Assembly (NCBI RefSeq): GCF_016433145.1
Contig: NC_058131.1
Span: 245,736,284 to 245,800,283 of the forward strand
DNA length: 64,000 bases
Direction of reading: 5' to 3'
DNA from: Gracilinanus agilis
Lineage: Eukaryota
Below are positions 38,268 through 52,303 of this stretch, piece by piece (position 1 is the stretch's first letter; each line of letters opens with the position of its first letter). A program made the position numbers and the translations under genes. The notes beneath the pieces were generated by a model. That model did not search any database, was not told where the DNA came from, and saw only the letters and a program-made list of their open reading frames with translations.

Positions 38268-38669
38268 TGGGTTGAGGTGGACATGATTGGGGCTGTAGAC
38301 TCAAAACTACCACACCAATGCAACTAACAACAATTTGGAAATAGGTCTTGATCAATGACACATGTCATTGGGCCATGGGTGGGGGGAGTGCGATGGGTGA
38401 AGGGGAAAGAAGGAGCATGAATCATGTAACCATGTTAAAAATGAATATTAAGGGGGCATCTGGGTAGCTCAGTGGATTGAGAGGCAGGCCTAGAGATGGG
38501 AGGTCCTAGGTTCAAATCTGGCCTCAGACACTTCCCAGCTGTGTGACCCTGGGCAAATCACTTGACCCCCATTGCCCATTCTTACCACTCTTCCACCTAG
38601 GAGCCAATACACAGAAGTTAAGGGTTTAAAAATGTAAAAAAAAAAAAATGAATATTAATCAACGTTTAA
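38268..38669 (+). mobile_element. Short L1 3' UTR insertion in intron 1, interrupted by a SINE
   Basis: 15-bp TSD AAAATTCTCATGTGT (38253-38267, 38670-38684); similar to the 3' UTR of the L1 at 34.9 kb. Confidence 0.88.
38452..38643 (+). mobile_element. Young SINE1 inside the L1 fragment
   Basis: TSD AAAAATGAATATTAA (38437-38451, 38644-38658). Confidence 0.93.
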
Positions 38670-38834
38670 AAAATTCTCATGTGTATGTGGTTTCAGTTAA
38701 ATAACTTGCATGGCATATTCGATATGTTAAAGTTCAGCTTTTATAAACTCTTCTCTCATAGTCATTGGAAGAGTTAGTTCTATTTGAGATACATGCTCTG
38801 TATATATGGCTTATGGTTGACAAGATAAGCACAG

Positions 38835-39040
38835 GGGGCAGCTGGGTAGCTCAGTGGATTGAGAATCAGGCCTAGAGATGGGAGGTCCTAGGTTCAAATC
38901 TAGGCCTCAGACATTTACCAGCCCTGTGACCCTGGGCAAGTCACTTGACCCTTTTTGCCCACCCTTACCACTCTTCCACCTAGGAGTCAATGCACAGAAG
39001 TTAAGGGTTTAAAAATGAAAATAAACAAATAAATAAATAA
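38835..39040 (+). mobile_element. Young SINE1
   Basis: TSD ACAAGATAAGCACAG (38820-38834, 39041-39055). Confidence 0.93.
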
Positions 39041-40339
39041 ACAAGATAAGCACAGCAATAGGGTAAATTCAATTTCTTTGTTCTTATTACTTTTAAGTGG
39101 ATTTTGTCAATAAATTTAGTATCATTGATGAAAATGCCCATTAAAAAATGGGTGAAATTTTAATTGGTGAAATTGTTTCTTCTGGAACTTGGACAAATAT
39201 TTTTAAATGATGATGATAACAGCCATATCTATTTCTATTTTCTCATGTAGAATATTTTAAACAATAGTTTACCACATTGCTTTATTCATAGCACAACTTT
39301 TGGTGTAATGGCATTGAATTTTAATATACTCTGTAATAATCATTGCTAAAAGTTGGTTGATTTTATAAGTAAGAACTTGGCTCTGAATACTGCTGAGGTA
39401 CTGGTATCTCTTCATTAACAGGGATATTTTTTGACTTTGAAATGTATCTTTTCTGTGCAGCAGACTTACCTGTCTAATTATCTCTTGAGGTGAGAGCTTT
39501 TGCAGCCAGTTATCATTATAGAGTCCTTTGATAACCTTGGAGTATTGATTCTTTGAGCTATAGCACTTCCTGATTTCATTGCCTTTCTTGGGCTAATCTT
39601 AAAATTAGTTATCCAGTGATCATGAGAAAAAGTTTACTGTTCAGATGACATGCTGGATAGTAAGAATTAACTATTAGAAAGCATACATAGTGAATCATTC
39701 TCTTGATAATAGTTGATTGTATCTGCTTTTTTGTCCAGTGTTTTCCCTCATTGTAAAAAGTTCCTCTTAATCCTATTGCAAAAAGCAAAATAATATCACT
39801 TGTTATTTGGAAGACTTATTTTTGCCAGAAATTACAAAACATTATTTATAAAAGAGCAGTCCATAGTAAAGCCATAAAATTTTCCAATTGCCTTAATTAA
39901 AATATATCATCCTATTAAGAAAAAAGAAACATGTGGAAGAGAATTTATTTTGCAAATGTTTAGCAAAATGACCTAAAATACTAAGATTAAATGTGAAAAT
40001 CTATTAAATTTTAGTAATAATGATAGTCCTGTTGAGAAATCTACCTGGCATCAAATATTGAGAAACACCTTTAAATTTTTTCCAACTTACTAAGAAATAT
40101 GAAGTTTTGATAGCATCAGGGTAATTAAAACAAGAAACTGACTTTTGATGTTGTCATAGGACTCTAACCCTGATATGAAGGGTGTTTCTATTCAGTTTTA
40201 TTTATTTTGTAATGTGTAGGTGTGACTAAACTCAGAGATAGCTGTAGGTATGAATCACTTTATTTTCTTGACAAATGTTAGTGTGTTTATATTTCAGAAA
40301 TGTATTTAAATTTATTGCCTCTTAAAGCTGCTGTGTGTA

Positions 40340-41450
40340 TATGTACTTAAAAAATTTTAATTTTGTTTTTTGCAACATTTTGAATTCCATGCTGCCTCCT
40401 TACCTCTCTCCCAACCCCACACTAGAAAAGGCCAACATTTGACAGATATTTATGTAAAATCATATAGTCCATACTTCCATAAAGCATTTCTTTCTCTGGA
40501 AGTGGATAGAATTTTCCTTTATAGATCCTGATTTGAATATTCATGTTATTCAGAATTACTTAATCATTCACAGTTAACTCTGAATAATATTGCATTACTA
40601 TCTACAAATTTGTCCTGGTTTTGCTAGCTTAAGTCTTCATGATTTCATTCAAGTCTTTTCCATATTTAAAAAAAATTAGATTGCTCTAAAAAATTAGATT
40701 TCTTAAAACATGGCAGCATTCTGTCACAGTTCAATGCCACCACTTGTTTAGTCATTCCACAATTGATGGGCATCCCCTCAATTTCCAGTTTTTTACCAGT
40801 CACAAAGAGAACTGCTATACATATTTAAAATGTATAGGTTCTTTTCCTTTTTTCCTGATAACCATGGGAAACAGACCCACCAATGGTATTGTAGAGTCTA
40901 AGGATCTACACAGTTTTATAAGTTTTGGAGCATAATTCCAGATTTCTCTTAAATGGCTGAATCAATCTACAATTTCCCAGGAAGTATAATAGTGTCCCAA
41001 TTTTTCCATATCTCCTTTGACATTTGTCATTTTAGCCAATCTAATAAGTATGTGATGGTATCTCTGATTAGAGGGTTTTTTTTTTTAAACCCTTGTACTT
41101 CAGTGTATTGTCTCATAGGTGGAAGATTGGTAAGGGTGGGCAATGGGGGTCAAGTGACTTGCCCAGGGTCACACAGCTGGGAAGTGGCTGAGGCCGGGTT
41201 TGAACCTAGGACCTCCTGTCTGACTCTCACTCCACTGAGCTACCCAGCTGCCCCCTGTGATGGTATCTCAAAGTTGTTTTAATTTGCATTTCTTTGGTCA
41301 ATGATTTAGAGCATTTTTAAAAATATGACTATTGCTTTGATTATTTCTTCCAAAAAATGCCTATTCATATCTTTTGATCCTTTATCAATTGGGGGATGAT
41401 CATTGTCAATTTAACAAAGTTCCTATATATTTGTGATATACCTATGTATG
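40340..41450 (-). mobile_element. Old L1 3' relic, interrupted by a SINE
   Basis: Antisense L1 ORF2-end motifs (ttagtcattccacaattgatgggcatcccctcaatttccag; gtgatggtatctcaaagttgttttaatttgcatttct). Confidence 0.75.
41065..41255 (-). mobile_element. Young SINE1 (same subfamily as 12916-13108)
   Basis: TSD TGTGATGGTATCTC (41051-41064, 41256-41269). Confidence 0.93.
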
Positions 41451-41664
41451 TCCTACTACTGGTTGTGTAAGTATGGTATTTAGTTAGTTAGAATTATCCA
41501 AAATAGTGAGTTTGGAAAATTTAATTGGCAACAATATAAACCTCTATCCTTAATAATTTAAATATTTTCCTGTTAGTGGTAGTTCAGTAGTAGATGATTT
41601 AAGTACATAGTATAAGGAATGATTATGTTTGAATGAATCAGGCACTGGTTAGAAAAGTAAATGG

Positions 41665-41878
41665 GGGGGGGGCGGGCAGCTGGGTAGCTCAGTGGATTGA
41701 GAGTCAGGCCTCTAGAGATGGGAGGTCCTAGGTTCAAATCCAGCCTCAGACACTTCCCAGCTGTGTGACCCTGGGCAAGTCACTTGACCCCCATTGCCTA
41801 CCCTTACCACTCTTCTGCCTTGGAGCCAATACACAGTATTGACTCCAAGACTGGAAGCTAAGGGTTTAAAAAAAAAAA
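41665..41878 (+). mobile_element. Young SINE1
   Basis: TSD AAAAGTAAATGG (41653-41664, 41879-41890). Confidence 0.92.
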
Positions 41879-44733
41879 AAAAGTAAATGGTTAGGAACCT
41901 AAGGAATTTGTTGAAACATCTATAGCCTTACCATATTTATCTAGCCTTGGGAAGAAGTAAATTTCTTTGGTAGAAAAACTGTAACAGGTCTGGAAATTGA
42001 AAGATGGACAAAAGTGATGGTGTTTGAAGTTTGTATTGCACTGAGTTGTCAAGAAAGGCTTATTTGCTGTGTTCAGTGAAGAGGCTTCTATTAATTATCA
42101 CACCTATTTTTATAGTATCATTTCAAAAAGTCTTTGTGTTTTTTTTTGTGGTTAACATACACAACATTCTAGTGAGATCAGTACTCAGCAACTTTTATTA
42201 CATTTTTACAGAAAAATACATTTCTTTTATGTACTTGATTTAGGTTGCTAATCTTTATGCTGCTGTTATATTATGACCACTTACTGGGGATTACTGTTCA
42301 GGGGTTGATCTAGATGCTTTTTGAGACCCCTTCCAATTTTGAGATTTTCTAATTGAATGTTACTTTGATTTGATATTTTTTATCCATTTTTATTATGCTT
42401 GCTTTATTAGGATGAAATTTTTCAAAAAGAACTGTGATAGTTTTCAGACTATGACTAAAAATGTTCCTTTTAGGGAAAGGGAAGGAATAAGTTTTATATA
42501 ATATGTACTTTTTGCCAGGCACTATGCTAAGACCTTTTTTCCCTCCCCTTTAAAGCCCTATCTTCTGTCTTAGAATCCATACTATGTACTGGTTTCAAGG
42601 CAGAAGAGCTGTAAAGGCAATGGGGGTTAAGTGACTTGCCCAGGGTCACAGAGCCAGAAAACAGGCCAAGACCTCCCATCCACCTAGCTGCCCCCATAAG
42701 TGCTTTTAAACAAATATTATGTCATTTGATTCTCACAAAAAATACTTAAAGGTATATACTTTAATTATCTTCCTCCTACTGCTGAGGAAACTGGGGTAAA
42801 GAGTGGATAAAAAAAGTCACACAGCTAATAGGGTTTGATTTGAATGTGGGTCTTCCTGATTCAAGATCCAGTGCTCTATCTACTAGCATGACTTAATTCA
42901 ATTATAGTTGGATATATATGTTGTGTAGTTATATTTTGTTGAGGAAGCAAAAAAATTATCATTGGTTGAGTGTTTCTGCATTATTGCCTGTCCTTGATCA
43001 GATGAGAGACCAAAGGGTAATAGGAAAGTAGTGGAGGCAGAATTTCATATTCTGTACTGAGGTTCTGGATTAATGAATGTTGGTTCTCTTCTCTCTTCTT
43101 TGGTTAGCAATTCAACCTTTCCTTTGATCTTACTGGTATAAGTTAATAATAAAAAAAATTTTGCCTTTCCCCATGAAAGTCTCATTAAAAGTACCAGGAG
43201 GTGGGTTCTTGCAAGCTGTGCCAGTGATCTGGCAGATTTTCAACCACACTGGAAAGGGCTGGTGACCTTTTGGGGCTTGAGGACTAGCACGGTTAGGTTT
43301 GGGGACGCTCATTCTCAGGTTGACCAGTAGTATGATTACTTTTCTGGCAGTAATAGCTCTCAGATAATCTACCAAGGGATGCAGTGAGAAGAATGATGGG
43401 TCTGAAGGCCTGGGTTTTAATCTTTGACCTTAGGCAGGGTCACTGTTTTAATCTTTGACCTTAGGCACTGTCACTTGGTCTCTTCTGAGCATTATTTTTA
43501 TTACCTGTGAAATGAGAGAATTGGATTAAATAACCTAGTGTACCTTCTAGATTTAAATCTTTGATTCTGTTTTTTTTAACCCTTCTGTCTTAGTATCAGT
43601 TCTAAGTAAGAAGAACAGCAAAGGTTAAGCAATAGGGATGATGTTAGGAATTGTCCGAGGCTAGATTTGGACCACAAACCTTCTGTTTCCAGGTGTGGTT
43701 CTTTCTCCTGAGTGATCTAGATGGTCCACAACATATTATTTTTGCACCTTTTTCTTGTACATTTTGTTCAAACTAATTTGAAAGATCTAAAAGGCAGAAA
43801 TTTTTCTTATTTCTTTGCTAGGAATTAAAAGTTTCAGTCATGATAGAAACAAAACTTATTTTAACCCTGTTGATGTGAGGATGGATGGATTGAGTATAAT
43901 AATGGTTGTAGCACTAGCTTCATAAAGGTAATAGTAACAGAAAGACCTTTTTGTCGGGTCTTGAATCTAGTGCCTGATCCAAGAACTCAAAGCTCAAATA
44001 ATTCTGCATGGGATAATGGTGTAGTGACTGCTGTGACCATTAGGGGAAAAAGACAAAGACAAGTCCCTAGCCTTCTCAGAGGAGGAAATCCGGATTTTAG
44101 AACCAGAAGGGACCTTAGAAATTATCTCCCCCTTTGTTTTACAGCCCAGGCGAGAAAGATGATGGGTCTCACCAGGTAGTAAATGGACTAGTAGTAGAGC
44201 CAGGATGTAGTTAGTAGGCACAGGCCTTTGGTCTTAAATCAGTGCCTTGCTGTTTGTGTTCAGTTGTGACCCTTCATGACTCCATAGAACACAAGGATAC
44301 TGAGATGATTTGCCATTTCCTTTTGTGGATCCTTTTTGTTGGGCAATTAATTAGATTAAGTGACTTGCCTAAGGTCATACGACTAGGAAGTTTCTGGGGC
44401 TAGATTTGAATTCTTCTTGACTCCAGACCCAGTGCTCTTAACCCATTGAGCCATAGCTGCCTCTTTCCATTATACTATAGTGCTAATTCTATTTCTTTGC
44501 TTTGGTAAGAAAGCTGTTAGGCATTAAGTTACATTTTGACTTTTCCTGACTTAACTGGTTGGAAATGTTTTAACCTGCTAATATGATATAATATCAGTAT
44601 CCTGTTGACTTTTAGATCTCCAATGTCTAGCACAGTTTTTGGCACATAGGTGCTAAACAAATGCTTGTCAATATTGGAATTATGACTTGGTATTTTTCTT
44701 AGAAGTAATTTGTTATGTATGTTTTGTTTCTAG

Positions 44734-44956
44734 TTTGGAGCAGAATTTCGTCGATTTTCTCTGGAACGATCTAAACCTGGAAGATTCGAAGAGTTTTATG
44801 GATTACTACAGCATGTTCATAAGATACCCAATGTTGAAGTTTTAGTAGGTTATGCAGATGTTCATGGAGACTTACTGCCTATAAATAATGATGATAACTA
44901 TCATAAAGCTGTTTCAACAGCCAATCCACTGCTTAGGATTTTTATACAAAAAAAAG
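44734..44956 (+). CDS. PARD6B: PARD6B coding exon 2 ([74 protein letters not shown]), PB1 domain
   Basis: Acceptor gttttgtttctag|TTT, 223 nt, donor G|gtaagt (phase 1); my manual translation is open and gives the Par6 PB1 sequence. It is missing from the ORF track because it has no start codon. Confidence 0.97.
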
Positions 44957-46696
44957 GTAAGTGTGATTCAGAAAAACTATGACTTAATTAGAAATAAACA
45001 TTCTGCATAATGCCTGCATAGAATAGATGTTTAATGAATGTATATTGCTTGATTCTGTTTTTTGCACTATATTTATAGATTTTTTTCAATTGTATAGGGC
45101 AAACAATCGCTAATGTTTTAATCACCAGATTTTCTTGAAAGAATGAATTTAGATTCCTGTTTCTATTCTGTTCACTGTTATTTTGTTGCTATTTTAAATA
45201 AAATTGGTTTATAGGAAAAGATACACAATCGGCTTTGGATACACACACACTCACACACACTTTAGCCTCCCCTTGGCCTTAGTTTTCTCATCCTTAATAT
45301 GAGAAAGTTGAACTAAATGACCTCTGAGACTTCTTCTGGCGCTAAATCTATAATGATTGTTTGCTTTATAATTTATATTTATTTTGATTATTTTAGATGG
45401 ATTTTTTTCTTGCTACTTAGAATATATTTATAGTGAATGACATGAATACTATAGGTTATTCCATAAATCATAAATATCCTTTCTTAGTATTGTGAAAGAA
45501 TATTTGAAATCATAGCATTTTCTGCATTAAACAACTTTTCTGATGACTGGCACCAAAACCCTGAAGAGAAAAAACTTTCTTTTAGTTTTTAATTTGTTTA
45601 CCTGAGGATATATGTGTGCCTTCTGTACTTTTGCTGAATGAAGAAAGTATGAGACAATCAGCCAGCAGGTTCAGGGGATATCTTATAATAGGAAAGAGTT
45701 GAAGAGAATAATGATGTCATAACGGTGGTGGATAGGAAGTAGTGGCTATGTAGCACCCAAATTCTAGGACAACAAATCATAACACCTGGCATGACATGCT
45801 GTTACTCAACTCTAATCTACTTTAAACTGTACCAGAGTATTAAAAATACATGAGGTATGAACTTGATCAAGAGTCATTCAAGAACCTTTAGTATGGAAAA
45901 ATTTCCCACACTTCTCATTTTAATCATTATGCCTTAATTTTTATATAGTATACTCCTGTAGTTGGGGAATATGTAGTGTTATTCATAACACTTGTTTTTA
46001 GGTAGAGTGTGAATATTAAGCTTTTTCAATAACCATGCAATAAAAGTTGATAAATCATTTCATCTGATTAAGATTTAAAAGAGTTGGATTATAATACCAT
46101 CTTTTTTGTGTATTGAGTTCTGATCTCCTTTTAACATAATAAAATTCAGACCTTTCTGGATTCCTTTTTGAATATTTATCTCAATCTTTCTTCTTTATTA
46201 ATTTCAATAGACATCAAAACAAGGCATCCATTTTTCCTATTTAGATTTTCTTCACATCAGTTTCCTAAATAGTGGAGAAATGGACACTTGGCCTATATTG
46301 TCATTAAGACTAGAATTTTATTTTTAGAGCCTTGTAGAATTAAACAACATTTTAATGGAAATTTCCTCATCAGAGAATATTCTGTTCTAGTTTTGTGTGT
46401 TTTATAGGAACTTAATGCAAATGATGACGTTTTCAGTCAAGGAAGAAGCACAATTAGTCCATTTATAACCATACATTATCACACTTTATTTTGATACTTT
46501 TCTTGACAAGAGCTTAATGGCTATTTATACAGCAGGTTATATAAACATAACTAGGTACTATTTGGTCCAAGAAACAGTTTTAAACTTGGAAATCATATCC
46601 TACTGCCACTGTCTTCCTCTTTAGTTGATAGTAAACTAATTTGTTTGGACAGCAATTTCCTATATCTTGCTAGTAACTTGTTAAAAATAATATCTA

Positions 46697-47092
46697 GGGA
46701 GCAGCTGGGTGGCTCAGTGGATTGAGAACCAGACCTAGAGATGGGATGTCCTAAGTTCAAATTTTACCTTAGACACTTCCTAGTTGTGTGTCCTGGAGCA
46801 AGTCACTTAACTCCCATTACCTTACTCCTCTTTTTTTTTAAAAACCCTTAACTTCTGTATATTGGTTCCTAGGTGGAAGAGTGGTAAGGGTGGGCAATGG
46901 GGGTCAAGTGACTTGCCCAGGGTCACACAGCTGGGAAGTGTCCGAGGCCAGATTTGAACCTAGGACCTCCCATCTCTAGGCCTGACTCTCAATCCACTGA
47001 GCTATCCAGCTGCCCCCGCCTTACTCCTCTTCTGCCTTAGAACCAATACATAATATTGACTCTTAAGTGGAGGGTAAGGGTTTATAAAAAAA
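46697..47092 (+). mobile_element. SINE containing a nested antisense young SINE1 (46833-47018)
   Basis: Inner TSD CCTTACTCCTCTT (46820-46832, 47019-47031). Confidence 0.9.
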
Positions 47093-48449
47093 TAGTTTCA
47101 TTTACATTTTGGATTTCTTGTGATTTTCTTTAAGATCATATTTCTGATTTATAGAAAACGGGGATTCTCAGAGTTAAGAGCTCTTCATAAGTATCAGAAT
47201 TAGTTTTTTTTGTTTGTTTTGAGTTTAGGAACCTGTATCTTGAATCAATTGTTTTTACTTGATAACTTTTTGGGGCTTGAGGTACTATATATTGAATAGT
47301 ATTGAATACTATACCTGTTTTTTTGTTTTTTGTTTTTAACAAAGGCTGGTTTTAGTTGGCAGGGGATAACTGCATATTTCTAGTGCTGTTGCCATGGAAA
47401 TAGTAGCAGAAGAGAGAATTAAACCCTGAAAGTGTTTTTTACAAAGAAGATTCTAGATCTTCTATTACTAGCTAGTTTTTTTTTTTTTTTTTTGGCCAGC
47501 TGTAAGAAAGATATCCTGATTAAATTTATAGTGAAGGCAAACTAGAATCTAAATGGTATAGTTTTAAGTTTTAACTCTTGAGAAATATTACATTTTTAAT
47601 AACAAAAAATGAGTAATTTCAACTGTTTCATGTTCTACAATAAGATTATTAGACACTAACTTACTGATAATGCTTAACTTTTTAATCTAATAGTATGGAT
47701 GGTTTACTTACGTACTAATTTAGCTGAAATGATAAATTTTCTTATCTAGTTTGGAAATAGAAATTCATTTATATTTGAAACTTGACTTTACCTGTCTAAA
47801 AGAACTGCCAAAAGGTCAATTTTTTGCCCAGGCATCATCATGAAGAATGTTTTTGGTTAGCAAGTTCCCTGAGGTCAGGGACTACTGTCTTTTTCTATTT
47901 TTATCCCTAGTGCCTCCCAGTACTTAGAACATAGAAAACATCTAAGATGCTTGTTTATCTACACAGAAGGAATAGCTTGTGTACTTAATAAGAATTTCTC
48001 ATTATACAATGGGAAGATTAGTGACTTTTAGGCACTTGGTCCCAGTTCCAATTTTTTTCAGATACATGAGAATTATTACAGTCTTTCCTTTAGAATAGAC
48101 CCCCAAATGTCTCATTTTTAGTGGTATTCTTAAATTTACTCAGTAGTTGCTTAGTTTCTTAGCAACTCTTATAATTTTTAATTCTGAAAGATAAATTCTG
48201 TTACTGGGTTACATATATTTATGAAGTACTTATTATGCACCTAGCACTGGGTAGACATTAGGCATATAGAAACAAACATAAAATGATACTTGACCTCAAG
48301 GAGCTTGTATCCTACTTGGAGAAATTATTGTAATTGCCATCATATTGTATTTTCTTTTGGAACTATGGTTTATGTATTTGAAAAAAATATACAGATTTTA
48401 AAACCTCATTACTATTTTATAAATGTCTCTTTAGGAGGTATTGCTTTTT

Positions 48450-48637
48450 TTTTTTTTTTTTAACGCTTAACTTCTGTGTATTGGCTTATAGGTGGAAGAG
48501 TGGTAAGGGTGGGCAATGGGGGTCAAGTGACTTGCCCAGGGTCACACAGCTGGGAAGTGTCTGAGGCCGGATTTGAACCTAGGACCTCCTGTCTCTAGGC
48601 CTAGCTCTCAATCCACTGAGCTACCCAGCTGTCCCCA
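48450..48637 (-). mobile_element. Young SINE1
   Basis: TSD AGGTATTGCTTTTT (48436-48449, 48638-48651). Confidence 0.93.
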
Positions 48638-51600
48638 AGGTATTGCTTTTTGAAAGGCATTTTAAATGGTAAACTATTATTTACTTCAAGACCATCGAGG
48701 CCACTGTATTTTGTTTTTTAAAGGGCAATGTAAAAATATGTATTTAGAAGTGGTCCCATATAACCCTAAGAGGACAAAAAAACCTAAAACAAATTTTAAA
48801 GAGAAAACCACATACTGTTATATGGTCATTATTTAACTGATATCCAGCCAATTGCCAAGGGATAGTATTAAAGATGATACTGTTTTGTTTAATAACATAA
48901 TTGACTTGATAATTCTAATGAAATCCTTTGGATATAACTTAGATTGTTCACTTTAAGTCTAAATCTTCCTTTATAGTCCAAGGACTGAAAAATGTAGAAT
49001 TGAAAAGGAGGGAACTTTTTATATATAGAAAGTGAGAAAGCTGAAGCTTAGGGAAGGAAAAAAAAAATGACCTGCCTGGTGGGTGACACAGCTACACTGC
49101 TCTTCTATGTATCTTGACATCTTTGTCTCCTGCATTATTCTCCTTGAGAGTAGAAACATTTTTGTCTATCATGGTAGCCAACAACCCCTACTCCTTACAT
49201 TTCTTTGCAAATGAATACTCTTGCTTAAACTGTTAATAGAAAAAGTATCTGTATTTCAGATGAGTTGATTTAGAGTGTTATATATTTGAGTAGGTGTTTA
49301 ATATCAAATCAGACATTTCAAGGACCACATTTCATGAATTATTATTTTGGGAATATTTATGTATTTTAAATACATGGGAATATTTATGTATTTTAAAAAG
49401 TCCCAATTTGGCTATAGACACAGAATGCTATGCTTTGGGAGAATTTGTCTAATTTTTGTCTTTTCTGTAGTTCTTAGATGTCGTTTTTGGGCCTGCCTAT
49501 AATAACTAGAGCATTTAAATAGTACTTTGCAATTTACTAAATACTTTCCTTAACAATGCGAAATATGTTTTGTTTCAGTACCTTGCACATAGTGCATAAT
49601 AAATATTTGTTGAATTAGACTCATTTTCCAGATGAGGATACTGAGGTCCAGAGAAGTTAAATGACTTCCTCCTAAGATCACACAGTAATCACACTTGAGT
49701 AGTGAAATCAAGGCCTCCTGACTTCAAAATCCTTTGTTCTGCAAATATGTACTGTATTACATTGCCTAAAGTAGGAATAAATAGGCTCTGATTTGGTATA
49801 AAATATTAGTGCCATAGCCAGTAATCTAGACTGACCAAGAGGAGTCTTCTTTAAGTGCAATGTACATGATTTGTGATGTAATTTTTCCCCCCTCTGGGTT
49901 CTTGGCTGTGTTTTGGATACTTGAGGTTGCTAGATAAGTCAGATGTCAGTCTAGATTATTGGCTATGGCACTAATATTTTCCCAAATTGTGACTCTTGGT
50001 AGCATACAAGAAAATGTTTGCTTTAAATTAATTTGATCAGAGTTTTCAAATTTATTTTTCATATTCTCATAGTTTCACAGTGCCAGAACATATATATCTA
50101 CTGTAAAGTAGAAAGTCAACTTATTTGGACATTCACCTTTACACTTTAAACTAGCACCCTGCACTGTGGCTTTCTGCCAAAATATTTCTTTTCCCAGTAG
50201 CTGTAAACTGATTAGCTAGATGGGAGAACAAAGATGTCTTTGTATTCGGGCATATTGCTTTTGAGAATTTAGTCAAGAATGTAACAAATGAAGTCTGGCT
50301 GCATGGCCAAATTATGCAGATTAGTTTCTCTGGTTTAGCTTTCTACAAGTAGTAGTAAAGGAAGACAATTTCATTTTTCCCTAAATTTTGTATGGATGGG
50401 GATTTTGATATTCCCTAGCATATATGCCATTATGTATTCTTAATACATTATTTGAAAATGAACTGTTTTGAGAAAAGATATTCAGTGAAACTGTTTTCTG
50501 AAGCTGCTTATGCCAGGTTTTGCAAAGAGAAAGTGCTGGCATTAACATGATGTATCTGAGGAACCCAGACAGTTTTTTCTATCCTTCGGTCAACTTGACT
50601 TAACACTTGCTAATTCCTCCATATATGAGATTATGACAATTGTCAGCTATTTTTTTCTTTTCTAGAGTCTTAAAGTTGGGCAGTATTTTAAGCTTTCTAG
50701 GGAGGTGAAAAATGAGGAAATTGAATTCTTTTTTATCTGACAAGTTTAAAGCGGGTACATATTTCATTTTCTCCCTCATTCTAAATGAATTTTGCATGCC
50801 AGCTTATTCATTGTTTTACTATTTCGTCTTTCTCTTTTTTCTACCTCTCAGTGGTTAGGTTTTTGTTGTTGTTGTTCATATGAAGTGTTTGAAGTGATCT
50901 ATGAATTATGAATGATATGTCTGCCTTCACCAGGGATGATTTACACATCTAGTTTTAAGAGTTTCCTGCTTCACCCTAACAGTAGCACTAGATTTCATTT
51001 TGGGATAAAAAATGCTTTGTTTTATCTCACTTTTGATTCCTTCATGATATTCCTAAGTTTCTTAAACTGAAAATAAATCCAGGCAAAGTAATTTGAAATA
51101 TCTTAAAAGGATATTGTAAACAAAGTTAACTCAGCAAATACTAATATTAGTAGCTAAAAGTATATAGGCTTTTATGTCCAAGAAAAGAAACTGCAATTTT
51201 AGATGATAGTAGTTAAAAATGTACTGGATTTCCAGTTAGCATAGTTAATTTGATCATTTTCCATGTTTACTCCAATTAACATAAAATTCCCCTCACTTTG
51301 GAGACGTACTAGAGCATATGGAGGGAAATTGGTGTTTATTATAATCATTTAACCTATGATCCAAGTTTACTTTCAAATATAGTAATTTATAAGTTGTTTT
51401 GTTAATGCTTTATTTTTGAGAGAATATTTTAATGAATAAATATTTCTGAAAGTAGTTCTTTGTCAAGTGCTTGTTGAATTAACCAATGGAATATTTGAAT
51501 TGCTTATATAACCTTGTTATATTTAATTTATGCTTTATAAGAAATAGCATTTTAAATAATAAAAGCTAAGTATGTAGTACCACAACAAAAAAGGCCTAAG

Positions 51601-51702
51601 GGAACGGAACCAAGATCATAGAAACAAGCAACTTAGGGGCAATTATAAGGCTCAGTACTTCCACTGACCCTGGACAAGTCACTTAACCCCCATTGCCTAG
51701 CC

Positions 51703-52303
51703 CTGTATTGGCAAACCTATGACACATGTGCCAGAGGAGCTGTGCGTCCCGCCNNNNNNNNNNNNNNNNNNNNNNNNNNNNNNNNNNNNNNNNNNNNNNN
51801 NNNNNNNNNNNNNNNNNNNNNNNNNNNNNNNNNNNNNNNNNNNNNNNNNNNNNNNNNNNNNNNNNNNNNNNNNNNNNNNNNNNNNNNNNNNNNNNNNNNN
51901 NNNNNNNNNNNNNNNNNNNNNNNNNNNNNNNNNNNNNNNNNNNNNNNNNNNNNNNNNNNNNNNNNNNNNNNNNNNNNNNNNNNNNNNNNNNNNNNNNNNN
52001 NNNNNNNNNNNNNNNNNNNNNNNNNNNNNNNNNNNNNNNNNNNNNNNNNNNNNNNNNNNNNNNNNNNNNNNNNNNNNNNNNNNNNNNNNNNNNNNNNNNN
52101 NNNNNNNNNNNNNNNNNNNNNNNNNNNNNNNNNCTCCCACCTCCCCCTGCCTCACGCACATGAGGACATTTCTCACATGACCCACCTCTCTACTCAGCAG
52201 CCCAGAGTCCTCTGTCCCCTCTCTGGGCTAGGGCTGGGGGCTCATGTGATGTGAGGGTTATAATAGTTTGGGCACTTGATTTCTAAAAAGTTCTCTATAA
52301 CTG
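51703..52303. mobile_element. hAT MITE (interior partly gapped) inserted in a SINE
   Basis: Degenerate TIRs CTGTATTGGCAAACCT / AAGTTCTCTATAACTG; TSD GCCTAGCC (51695-51702, 52304-52311); the SINE resumes cttaccactc. Confidence 0.85.
51754..52133. other. Assembly gap (380 N)
   Basis: N run inside the MITE. Confidence 1.

Noticed and set aside
43130-43375. 81-aa minus-strand ORF in intron 1
   Set aside because: TTG start, no recognisable homology and no splice context.
51683-52254. ORFs containing X runs (also 11939..12187)
   Set aside because: Artefacts of N gaps.
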